From Ylistrum balloti (lineage: Eukaryota): a stretch of DNA of 64,000 bases. The DNA is taken from positions 186,001 to 250,000 of the forward strand of contig NW_026782680.1 in the NCBI RefSeq assembly GCF_031769215.1, written 5' to 3'. Shown here piece after piece: positions 26,398 through 38,950 of this stretch. The notes below the pieces were generated by a model. That model was not told where the DNA came from. It saw nothing but the letters and a program-made list of their open reading frames with translations, and searched no databases. Each line of letters starts with the position of its first letter. Position 1 is the stretch's first letter. The position numbers and the translations under genes were made by a program.

Positions 26398-29300
26398 TCA
26401 ATCCTGACAGGCCAGTAAGGCGGATTCTAGCGCAGCATCAGCACCAGCTGATACAGAGTCCTGGTCTTTCTGTAAATAGACATAAGAAATTCAGTAGGGG
26501 AGAACTCTTTAGACGATCTAATCATGTGGTCAACATTCCAGCTTAACAATTGACACATTGGAAAGGAAGAACATGAATAAACAAATCTGTCTGATAAAAC
26601 ATCTGATGTTGTGTCTGATGATAAAGAGTCAGTACTGTTACTTCTTCATCACAAGGACACATAAATAGGTATTGAAACAGCTTGTGCAAACACCTTTCTA
26701 TACCGAAATCATGATTTTTATATCTAAGTACTGCATATTGTTTCATTGTAATCTTGATAGAAATTGATGTATTGGTAACGGTATAATAGCAATATAGAAT
26801 TGGCCATTTCTATGTATAGCAACAGCTTTGATCTTCAGTAAGGAGCCACAGAATATCAAAGAAACAAGCACTCCTATCTTTATTTATGACTTTTGTCCAG
26901 TAAATAAATCTACCTCCTAAACGAGCTACAAGACCTAAATTTCCTTACATTCTGCTCAAGGATGAGAAGTTCACAAAGACGTTTGACCTCCTTGGGTCTA
27001 GCCAACAGAGAGGACTGTAGTTTCTGGTACTCATGATTCATCTCCCGATGTTTCTTTGTGGATGCCAGGCTTTCCCTCATGTTCTTATCATAGAATCTGT
27101 CAACAGACAAGTAAAACTAGATAACACACACATGTTGGTATGTATTTTGTAAATTCACAAACTTCCACTAATTAAAGGTTTGACACTTAACTTCAATGAC
27201 CACAGATGTAATGGCTTTAACTACACTAACTGTAAGCTTGATAAATCAGGAATGACTCCAGGGTAAATGTAGGATCTATTACTTACCTGTCATATTCTTT
27301 TTCAATCTCTCTAACTCTTTGAAATGAGTCCTTGATGAGTTCTTTATACGTAGGTGCATCAAGAGTAATTACTGTTAAGGAGATTCATATTTCAATTCAT
27401 GTTGACAGGCCTACTCGAAAATGGCAAATACTGAATGATAAGATACATCATTTAACGCAAAAAATTATATAGTACTTGTAAGGATAGTAATAAATATGTA
27501 TACACGGAAAGGATAATATACCAAATGACCCAATATATAAATATTTAAGAAATGTTTAAACTCGCTTGTTTATGCGTTGAATATGAAATTTAAATCATAT
27601 ACACAGAAAAAGGATATGCAGGTAGATTCTGGAGTTCTGTGCGACAAACACGCACCACCATACCCCCTTCCTGTGATATTTTCTTCATACGCAGAAAGTG
27701 GGCCATCAGCGGGCTCTGACCATGAATGTTAAACGCAGACTTACGGAAGTCAGGCCCTCGACAGGCTGGGTGAGACTGAAAATCAAAATTTATCTAAAAG
27801 TTGCCAACTATTCACCATTACAAAGGGAAATACACCAAAAACATAGTTGTTCAACAAAAATAGAAAAATTATTCTAGAAACAAAATGTAGAAATTGTTTA
27901 AAAAATTATTCTCATAATATATAAGACTATCACAAAATTGCATTGACTTGTCACACAATTAAAAGAGGAGATGGTAAAGAGACATATGCACTAATCAATT
28001 AGGAAAAAAATGTTAAGAGAATAAATAAAGACCTATTCTGTTAGTAACAAAATCAGTCACTGCTGGTCATACTGAATTTCAAATCTGGCTCCAAATCAAA
28101 CATGAGTTAGAAATCAAAATAAGTACTCTTTGATACTGAAGGAAGGTCTGTAAGAAATCTGACCAACATGAGAAGCCTCCCTGTAGCCTTGATGTCTGTC
28201 CTTCAGACATGAAAATACTAGCCTTGATGTCTGTCTTTCAGACATGAAAAGACTCACTGTAGCCTTGATGTCTGTCCTTCAGACATGAAAAGACTCACTG
28301 CAGCCTTGATGTCTGTCCTTCAGACATGAAAAGACTCACTAGCCTTGATGTCTGTCCTTCAGACATGAAAAGACTCACTGCAACCTTGATGTCTGTCCTT
28401 CAGACATGAAAAGACTCACTGTAGTCTTGATGTCTGTCCTTCAGACATGAAAAGACTCACTGTAGCCTTGATGTCTGTCCTTCAGACATGAAAATACTCC
28501 CTGCAGCCTTGACGTTTGTCCTTTAGACATGAAAAGCAATCCTGACACTTCAAGAATAAAGATCTATATAAATTTTGCGAATGACTGGCTGAAGCCAAAA
28601 AAGTTACTTTAACAGCCTTGACTGGAAAGGCACAGTGTCACATTTCATCATGTTTTTATGTACTATCAACTTGAGGCAAACTTTCAGTCCAAACTTAAAA
28701 TCATATGAGATTTCCTAACTTGACATTAATGTGCTTCTCCTTTGTCTTAGTGTTGCCCTATGTTAGTGGATACTGAATACTGGATACCCTGGCTATTGTT
28801 CATGGATTCCATTTTAACTGGTGATGTTTTTTATAGAGCATCAATGAAATAATATTGTAACACATAAACTCTACTTTACTAAACATTATGAGAGTGGGTT
28901 TTTTTTTAATTAAAATTTTGGTATCAAAGTGTGTAAACCTTACTATAGATTTGCTGGTTACTTAATAATGTCCTTGTCATACGAGTGATCTGTATCAGAG
29001 ACAAGATGGTGCCCATCACATTTCAGCTGTGTTGGGCCCTATCAGCAAAGGCCTCTAGTGTCAGTTAAATAAGGGCTGAGGTTACTTGTCAACCTGTACT
29101 CAGTTAAATAAGGGTTGAGGTTACTCGTCAACCTGTACTCAGTTAAATAAGGGCTGAGGTTACTTGCCAACCTGTACTCAGTTAAATAAGGGCTGAGGTT
29201 ACTTGCCAACCTGTACTCAGTTAAATAAGGGCCGAGGTTACTTGTCAACCTGTACTCAGTTAAATAAGGGCCGAGGTTACTTGTCAACCTGTACTCAGTT

Positions 29301-32300
29301 AAATAAGGGCCAAGGTTACTTGTCAACCTGTACTCACAGGTCTAAGGTAACAACTCCTACAGTTTTAATAATTATGTAATCCTTCAGAAAGTACATTATG
29401 TTAAGAATAATTTTACCTTTTAAGTGAACTAATTTAGAGTTTTGGAAGGAAGTGCTGGTTTTATAAGTACCTCTTTGTAGAATTTGTCTTCTGATGATTT
29501 TATCGCAGCAGCCTTTGCCATCACTACAGAGGCATTAGAGGTCTTGGTATCCATTTTATCATGCTCTTCTTCTAGAGTTGTCTCCCTTATTGGTGTCAGC
29601 GCATCCATGATCTTGCGTGGGTCTGGTTGCTTCTTACCACCTGTTCTTTTGTTATCCACACCCTGGTGCTCAGCCACAGTATCAATAATGGCCCCATCCT
29701 GTGATGACCCAGGTGACTGACTCCTAAATCTTGGAGTCAATCCTGTCACAGAATTCCTTTTCCGCACTGATCCATGTTTTCTGTTGCGCCCACCATAACT
29801 CTGCATTGATGATTTTGACACGGATTGGTTGAGGGAAGTCATGGAGGTATACTGACTACCATTGCTGGAGAACATGGAGTCAATGAAGTCGAAGTTCAAT
29901 GTGGCTGATGCCGCTGAGATAAATGAGAGAAATATAGATAATAAGAATGAAGTGTTGTTTTATCTAGAAACACCATTGTATAACAAATTGGGTTGCAATT
30001 CAACATATAATTCATCTTTGTCATAAAAAGGCAGGTCTATGGATTAAATTACTAAAGCTTCAACATACAGTAGTGTCACACTCACACACATACATTTGTT
30101 TAAACAAGTGCAATCAATGATTGCCAAGTTCACCAGCAGCAGCCATCGCAAAATGCTGTTTTAATCACTCATTTTTAAAAGTTTATAACAAAAGTGTTGT
30201 GATACTGTAGGTCAACCATTGGACATTTAAATGAAAATGTATACCAGGTGGGAGGGGTGTAAGACATATATTTACATTGTAAAGTTTGGGGAAAAAATCA
30301 GTCATGGATCATTGACCTCTAATGATTGTAAAGTGTTGGTTGTATTCTTTTTGAATTCAAAAACTTTTAAAACCTACTGCAAAAACATTGAATTGAGCTT
30401 TGAAAAGTCCAAAACATTTCAATTTCGAAAAAAAGCCACAAAACTGAAAAATCTGCATTTACAAAACTTCAGATCTCTAATCATTTATACCAAACAGGAG
30501 GGTGTAGGAAGTATACTAATGGACTATGAATTCTTTAAAAAAAAACTGACCCCAAAACCTCCCAAAAAAGTGAGCTGACATGAAAATATGAAATAATAAG
30601 TCAAAAACATTGATAATTTTAACTCTGCCCCTCTCCTCCCAGTTAAAAAACAAAAACAAAAACAAAACCAAAATAAATCCACCTGAAGACATCCAATGAT
30701 TAATGATTACTTCTGCCAAATAAAAAGGGTGTAACTAAGTGAACTGTCTATACTCATAATTAACTTACTTTTCTTCTTTTTCTGAGAATTTGCCAGTTCT
30801 TCTCTCATCTTTATATTTGGTGGCTCAAGTTTATCAAAATTCCATGACATCCAAATTCGAGGAGCTGGTTTGATTCCTGTAGCATGTGAAAAGAACAATT
30901 TTCTTGAGCACTGAACAGCTAAGAATTAAGTATAAGATTTATAATAACATAAATGAAGTAAGAGTTTAGTGATAACACCTAGATATTTCTGAAGTAAGAG
31001 AAAAACGATAACACCAAGATTTTTCTGAGGTAAGAGAAAAATGACTTACCCGCAATCCACTGATACACTAACGCCACCAAGTCCTCTTTAAACTGCTCCC
31101 CAAACTGTTTGTAGGAGTCTGGGAAGGAGTGGCAATATGCAGCATATATAGCTTGTGACAACAGACTTGGGTAGTCCTGAAACATCATAAGCAAGACCAC
31201 TCAGACAAACCAGTGTATTCATAGACAAACTAATCCTTTCCATTCAGAAATCTTACCAATATTCTCCTGAAAATTCCTGTCATAATTAGTAAATAAACAT
31301 GGACAGCTGTAACTTAGTATAGCTACAGTTACAACCTAACAAAACACTAGGAAATCTTTCACTGATTACTTATTGATGTACATAACAACTAACACTCTGG
31401 GATATACAATAATACAATATGTACATCTTTCATTAAATAGTATACACATACAACTGTCATTATGTACATGTAATATATACAACTGTCATGCAACTGTCAT
31501 TATGTACATGTAACATATACAACTGTCATTATGTACATGTAACATATACAACTGTCATTATGTACATGTAATACATACAACTGTCATTATGTACATGTAA
31601 TATATACAACTGTCATTATGTACATGTAACATATACAACTGTCATTATGTACATGTAATACATACAACTGTCATTATGTACATGTAATACATACAACTGT
31701 CATTATGTACATGTAATACATACAACTGTCATTATGTACATATAATACATACAACTGTCATTATGTACATGTAATACATACAACTGTCATTATGTACATG
31801 TAATACATACAACTGTCATTATGTACATGTAATATATATAACTGTATATACAACTGTCATTATGTACATGTAATACATACAACTGTCATTATGTACATGT
31901 AATACATACAACTGTCATTATGTACATGTAATACATACAACTGTCATAATGAACATGTAATACATACAACTGTCATTATGTACATCTAATATATATAACT
32001 GTCATACAACTGTCATTATGTACAAGTAATATATACAACTGTCATTATGTACATGTAACATATACAACTGTCATTATGTACATGTAATATATATAACTGT
32101 CATACAACTGTCATTATGTACATGTAATACATACAACTGTCATTATGTACATGTAATACATACAACTGTCATTATGTACATGTAATACATACAACTGTCA
32201 TTATGTTCATGTAATACATACAACTGTCATACAACTGTCATTATGTACATGTAATACATACAACTGTCATTATGTACATGTAACATATACAACTGTCATT

Positions 32301-35300
32301 ATGTACATGTAATACATACAACTGTCATTATGTACATGTAATACATACAACTGTCATCATGTACATGTAATACATACAACTGTCATACAACTGTCATTAT
32401 GTACATGTAATACATACAACTGTCATTATGTACATGTAATACATACAACTGTCATACAACTGTCATTATGTACATGTAATATATACAACTGTCATTATGT
32501 ACATGTAATACATACAACTGTCATTATGTACATGTAATATATATAACTGTCATACAACTGTCATTATGTACATGTAATACATACAACTGTCATTATGTAC
32601 ATGTAATACATACAACTGTCATTATGTACATGTAATACATACAACTGTCATTATGTTCATGTAATACATACAACTGTCATACAACTGTCATTATGTACAT
32701 GTAATACATACAACTGTCATTATGAACATGTAATACATACAACTGTCATTATGAACATGTAATACATACAACTGTCATTATGTACATGTAATACATACAA
32801 CTGTCATTATGAACATGTAATACATACAACTGTCATTATGAACATGTAATACATACAACTGTCATTATGAACATGTAATACATACAACTGTCATTATGAA
32901 CATGTAATACATACAACTGTCATTATGTACATGTAATACATACAACTGTCATTATGAACATGTAATACATACAACTGTCATTATGAACATGTAATATATA
33001 CAACTTTCACAATCCAATCTACTAAAATATACCTTGAAAAACACATCCTTGTGGAGTGGATTCCTGACAAACAGTAAAAGCTTGACAAAGTTGTGAGCCG
33101 TCCTATTAAACAGCTTCACTTGAGAATTCTTACTGGATTGATACTTCTCCAGGAACAAGTACCAAAACATGTCCTGTTCAATTAAAAAATAGAGTATATC
33201 AATAAAAAATATCAGCTTAAAAGTTCTTTATAACCATAACACATTTCTACTTAAACTTTGGGGTAACTTACCAGAAAGACTGCCTGTGACAATTCAGAAT
33301 AGTACCATAACTGAAAGTCTGGCGCGTACGAGGGCTGAAACAAATAACATTATAATGATGTTAATATCGACACAACATTTACAAGTCTTCAGAGAAACAC
33401 TCATTTAGCCTGTTCAGTTAAAAAAACATGTATGTCACTTGTAAACTAGGACCTCAAATCTACATATTGCAAAATGATATCACCTGATCGATATATAGTA
33501 CATATAGTCTATGATAAACCTACCTGTACAAAAATACATACCTTCCCTTTCACAATTAGTATATACCAAAAGTGCTAACTTAACTACAAATTAAGTAAAT
33601 ACTTTTACATAACTGATTATAAATACATCCATTACAACATATTCCCTTTTTTCCACCTAAAACACAATTCCAAATATAAAAAAAAAAGAAAAAAATTCAC
33701 CTTTGCCTTTCAAGCTAGTAGGAAATAACCAATATTATGCTCAAAAATGCAATTTTTCTATGAAAATTACAATAGAGTTTTAAAAAACTTCTTCCCCAGG
33801 AAGAAATGTGAAACCCATTTTGGTAATTACAGCACCTTCCATGCTTCCATTCATACAGAACATTTGATTCTACCATCCCTGGGTGTTGAGAAGAAGATAT
33901 TTGAAATTTCAGTCAATTTGGCCCTTTTTGACCCTGCCAATCAACCCTTCGGGGTCAGCCAGGATCAAAATGGGCATACCATCAAGCTATCATCTTTCAC
34001 TCATAATTCTAACCAAGTTTAAAATATTTCCAATGGAAACTAAACAAATTATGCTCAAAAATCTAGTTTTCCTATATAAACTAAAGCAAACTTTATCCCC
34101 TCCCCATGGGGAAAGGCAAGACCCTGGGGTCATGAAATGCATAATTTTGGTTAAACACCTTAAGATGCTTCCATACACAAAAAGCTTTTGATTCTTCCAT
34201 ATCTGGGTGTTGAGAAGATTTTTTAAATTAAGTCCATTTGACCATTTTTGGCCCTGCCAATCAGCCTCTGGAGGTCAGTCAGGATCAATATGGGCATACC
34301 ATCAAGCCATCATCCTTCACTCAAACTTCTAATTAAGTTTTAAATATTTCCAATGGAAATTAAACAAATCATCCTGAAAAATCTATTTATCGTATATAAA
34401 CTATAGTATAATTTATCCCCTCTTTATCCCAGCACAAGTACTTCATCACCAATACTCAAGTACACATCAGTTTATGTTTTAACAAGAGTACATGCCTACC
34501 TTACCACAAGGTCATGCCTACCTTTACATTGAGTTGTACATGTGCATCAGCAGCTTTTTTCAGCATGTCCTCCACAAGTATTTCATCAGGAAGAACACTG
34601 AGTTCTGTGTGGTCAAACCCAGGGTACTGATGTAACTGTAGCCATAACAACCAAACACAGGAGTTAGACATCCATAATTAACATACCTAGAGAACTGGTG
34701 TAACTGTAGCCATAACAACCAAACACAGAAGTTAGACATCCGTAATTAACATACCTAGAGAACTAGTGTAACTGTAGCCATGACAACCAAACACAGGAGT
34801 TAGACATCCATAATTAACATACCTAGAGAACTAGTGTAACTGTAGCCATGACAACCAAACACAGGAGTTAGACATCCATAATTAACATACCTAGAGAACT
34901 GGTGTAACTGTAGCCATAACAACCAAACACAGGAGTTAGACATCCATAATTAACATACCTAGAGAACTAGTGTAACTGTAGCCATGACAACCAAACACAG
35001 GAGTTAGACATCCATAATGAACACACCTAGAGAACTGTGTAACAGTAGCCATGACAACCAAACACAGGAGTTAGACATCCATAATGAACACACCTAGAGA
35101 ACTGTGTAACAGTAGCCATAATAAGTATTCTAAATTCTTTCTTTATCTGTTCATAAATTTTCAATCAAAATGTTATCCTTCTGTTGCTTTTAAAGTATTT
35201 CAACTTCTTGATACACAAAAACATATGACTTCACTCTTCTAAAAAGGAAGCAAAGCAGAAGTATAACTAGGCTGTATGAAGTAGTAAATCAAAGGTCACA

Positions 35301-37954
35301 AAGATTAAGATGTCTTTTCATGGTTTAGAACTTTGGAAGATCTCAATTTTCTGCAAATGGATTTACAGAGCATCAATTAAAAAGTAAAATACCAAATTAC
35401 TGACAGAAATATTAAGTGAAATTTCAGAAACCCTTTTGTTGTTTCCACAATGTAGCTCAATCTATGATCATGATAAAGGGAGCCATGTTTTCAATATTTG
35501 TGAAGAATCCCTTCACCACTTCTCTGAAGAGGTAAAAATCAATAATAACAATATTAAACTGTAACAGAAAGTAATTTGTTTTACTGATCAGTCTCAAAAT
35601 AACAAATAGATAAATACACACCATAGGACAAAGGGAACTAACTACAAAGTTCATATTTTCTTCATGTTTGTAATATATATATTGAACATATGTTCTTGTA
35701 CCACCAGTACTGATGGTGATAAAAGAACATTTACCGGTATGTTGAATTTAATGATTCAGGCTTTAGTATAGAAATAACAAGCTATTTCAATGATGGACAA
35801 GTGATTGTAGATAACAGGTGATAGTCCACTATCTGATAATGATGGGCTAGAAATGAAAGACTTAAATTTACCTCTACAAATTTTGGTTTTCCAGAGTCCT
35901 TTTTTGCCTGCAAATAGAATATGAACCCAAAATAGACAGAGAATTCCATCAACAAACTGTAAATGATACACTTTTATTGAAGTCTGCAAAGAGCAAATAA
36001 AATATGCATAAGTTACTAAACATTTATCAATAAGGCAATAATTTATTAAATTGATTTGTCTTAGGACACATCATCTTATATAGATACCTCCTGCACACAA
36101 TGCAAAGTAAATTTCACTATATTTTAAGAAATAAAAAAGTCAGTAGAGCATTTGAGTTTTTCGGCTTACAAATTACGTATTGATGATTCTGTATATATAC
36201 TTTAAGACTGAAACACTGACCACTGTAGTTTTACTGGGTTGCATGCTGACTTTGGATATGTGCTTTACTCGTTCACTTCTTCCAGGTAAAAAAGCTTGAT
36301 GAAAAAAGAAAAATCAGCCAATATAGATTACTGACCCAAATAATAAATAACATTCTAGAACTTGATTTTTTACAGGCATACAAAGAACATGTTTTATCAG
36401 TGTTTGTTTATGGTAATTTTTTTTATATATATCAATATGAAAAATTTAACAATTTTAACTGAATTTATTCATGTCATTGATATCTTGATGTAAAATATAA
36501 TTCATTAAACTTTTAGGAGGATTATGGAAGCCAGTGAGTAGATATACAATTGTCAAACACTTAGAAAATATATCTAATACATACTTTGTTTCATGGTAAA
36601 ATACCCAGCAAATTTATTCACTTCTCTTGTTTCCTTTTCTGCAAAGAGAATATACAGAGGCACTAAAAGTATATGACTATTAACAAGTTTTCATAGGTGA
36701 CAATCTTGTGTTAAAATTGAATGACCACTTTCAGGGTTTTCTTCAAATACCCCCCACCCCCTTCCTCCTCTTGTGTAAAAGTTCAATAATTAGTTGTGAG
36801 AGAACTACTTTTAGCTTACTATGATGATTCTGTGAAAAAGAGGAAGGAGGCTTCTTCGTGGGTAAGGCCTTATTTGCGGATAAAAATGGTAAATATTTAA
36901 GATCCATGTATTGTTAAACTTTTCCAAGAAACACATTGGAAAATTTTGAAATCTCCTTAAGATTTTATTTTTGTTTTTCTTGTTTTTGTTTACCAATTGC
37001 TGCAAAATAGTGTTTGTATATGAATTTTTTTCTCTTTCCTCCTGACTCATGACATAAAGACTTATATTTCGCACAGTTTTACAACAATACAGGTACTGTC
37101 CCAAGGTTATGCTGACATTTCAAAGGATTTTTGAGTTTCTCTTTTTTTTTGTTTTTTGTTATCAGAATAGATGAAAAGTAATTCTTTTGATACTAAATTT
37201 ACCTCTCTTCTGGTATGTGTCACGCCCCCTATCACTGGAAATGTGTTCAATGTCCACATCATCAACATCTGAGGCCCGACTCTCAACAACAAGTTGTGTG
37301 TACTTCTGTAACTTTCTATCAAGTTTACTTATCTTTTTATTTACTTTTTCTATAGAACCAATAAAAAATGCTTTGTCATTGTTAAGGAAATAATTACCAT
37401 GCATCAATTTCGAAATTATCCAAAGCCTACTTATAGACCAGCAATAAAAAATGTTGTTGTCATCCATAAAGATTAAATCGTATGAACTAGGATAAGTAAA
37501 ATGTATAAATGATATGGGAACATGAAATTGACAACTGACACACCAGTGCTAAAAGAATACATGGTCAGTGTCTTAAAAAAATATGCTGTATTTTGTCTTT
37601 CTTCCCTAGCCAACATGCAGCTTATATTTTAAGACACTGGCCATGTCATCTATTTATCCTGCAACATTCTGTATTTTTGGCGAGGGTGACTCAATAGATA
37701 ATAAATTCTCTATATTTGTAGCATACGAGAAATATTCGGTAGCATACGAGAAATATTTGACGAATCCTAGCAACAGGTAATCGTTCGAAATATGCAAATA
37801 TTCAAAAACCATTGCATTCTTTTCTAAGGATACGTGAACGTGCACGCTGTCTAGCTTCTAAGAATTTCTTCTGTTTTTCTATGTCATCCCGTTTCAAGTC
37901 AGAATTTTCGTCGAATATCTCCATGGGAGAATCGACTCGACTTCTTCTCGCCAT
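26398..37954 (-). CDS. FAM227: FAM227 family protein (FAM227A/B-like), 14 coding exons reconstructed
   Basis: Exons in transcript order: 37954-37834, 37370-37203, 36294-36221, 35907-35872, 34635-34522, 33334-33272, 33173-33033, 31176-31050, 30876-30769, 29913-29471, 27775-27618, 27364-27287, 27096-26949, 26469-26398; all phase-consistent. Motifs recalled from FAM227A/B: PFFIGSIEKVNKKI, VELHQYPGF, DMFWYLFLEKY, YPSLLSQAIYAAYCHSFP, GIKPAPRIW, KESHPACRGP, FNIHGQSPL. Exon 3 is the least certain. Confidence 0.85.
27365..27617 (-). other. U12-type (minor spliceosome) AT-AC intron in FAM227
   Basis: 5' end ATATCCTTTT at 27617-27608; branch site TCCTTAAC followed by AGTAATTAC ending in AC at 27365; the splice restores LPA|LDAPTYKEL in frame and no GT donor is available. 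Confidence 0.9.
28180..28540. repeat. 41-bp minisatellite (~9 copies) in a FAM227 intron
   Basis: Unit tagccttgatgtctgtccttcagacatgaaaagactcactg, containing the hairpin ATGTCTG-tcctt-CAGACAT. Confidence 0.95.
29060..29336. repeat. 39-bp minisatellite (~7 copies) in a FAM227 intron
   Basis: Unit cagttaaataagggctgaggttacttgtcaacctgtact; explains ORF 29042. Confidence 0.95.
31445..33005. repeat. 29-bp minisatellite (~50 copies) starting ~30 nt after a FAM227 donor
   Basis: Unit atacaactgtcattatgtacatgtaatac. Confidence 0.95.
33700..34430. repeat. ~300-bp degenerate tandem duplication, probably the internal repeat of a non-autonomous element
   Basis: ctgggtgttgagaaga...gccctgccaatca...ggatcaa.atgggcataccatcaagc.atcatc.ttcactca..ttctaa occurs at ~33880-34070 and ~34200-34400. 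Confidence 0.7.
34627..35120 (-). repeat. 68-bp minisatellite (7 full units plus a partial) that includes the 3' splice site and first 9 nt of FAM227 exon 5
   Basis: Plus-strand unit tgtaactgtagccataacaaccaaacacaggagttagacatccataattaacatacctagagaactgg; the first unit overlaps the real acceptor GGCTACAG|TTACAT at 34636/34635. Confidence 0.92.
37371..37833 (-). other. U12-type GT-AG intron (FAM227 intron 1)
   Basis: 5' end GTATCCTTAG; exact branch consensus TTCCTTAAC 10 nt before the AAAG acceptor; no polypyrimidine tract; the splice gives RS|PFFIGS in frame. Confidence 0.85.
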
Positions 37955-38509
37955 TTTGTTTGCGCATTTTTCAATATCAATATCCTGCTTGAAAATGTAT
38001 TAACGTGTTCCGCGAATGGAAAACATTGTAATGACGTAGATGGCTATGGTAACCACATGTGACTAATAAAGGAAGTGGATGACGGACCCGATAATAGTGA
38101 AATATATTGTAAATATGAGGCTGATAACATTAAAAGGATTATATAGTCGTGAATCAAAGCGTTTGTATAAAATTTTCAGATATTGTGTATCGTAAGCAGA
38201 ATGCAACTAAACAAATATTGTGTTTGGTTGATCTATTTTTCAGTACAGGATGTGTCTTGAGCTGTTAATCAAGCGAAAGTAAATTTAAGTTAACGTTCAC
38301 TGTTAGACTCGTGTTACTTCAGAAGTTAGGTGCATAAGTTTTCATTAATAAAGTGGAAATGTCTACGTTAATATTTTTGAACGATGTATGGTAAAAATAA
38401 CGGAGAGCCATTTGTTTAGATCGTCCGCTTATCATCTCGTCGCTGTCACTTCGACGCTTCACTGTACAAATAAGTTCACATAGGCCTAGAGGATTGTATA
38501 ACTACCGTC
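37955..38509. promoter_or_regulatory. Putative bidirectional promoter between FAM227 and MsrB1
   Basis: Head-to-head ATGs 555 bp apart; X-box-like ATGGCTATGGTAAC (38040-38053), TGACGT and AGGAAGTG motifs at ~38030-38080. Confidence 0.5.
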
Positions 38510-38899
38510 ATGTCGTTTTGTGGCTGGTTCAGCGGGGAACATTATAGAGATCACTTCGAGAAAGGTTTGTAGATAGTACTGAACGTGACACTTTTGTACC
38601 AGGATAGTTAGTTTTGAAATTGTTTACTATACTGACTCATGTTTAGTGTTTGACAGGAGTGGAAAACTCTCAAACATTACTGGGTCAATATAGAGAACGA
38701 TATCACTTAAAGAAACGTTTGTGTATTGGAAAGAGTAAAAAGGTTTGACACAAACATTGAATAAAATGTTAAAATCAGTAAACAAATAGTATGAAATCAG
38801 TATGAATGGAATTCACGCCCTTCATCATTCTAGGTCGTGATGAGGTCAGTTACATAACTTGTATTAATATGGCTGAAGCGCTAACTCAGAATACATTGG

Positions 38900-38950
<51 letters not shown>

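Noticed and set aside
29429-29470. Treating ORF 29429-29899 as a terminal exon ending PSKTLN*
   Set aside because: The donor GAG|GTACTT at 29470 joins in frame to SHPAC, recreating the conserved KESHPAC motif.
35975-35986. Possible 12-nt FAM227 micro-exon (TSIK) after TTGCAG
   Set aside because: Frame-neutral and possible, but the donor GTGTAT is weak and there is no homology support; left out of the model.
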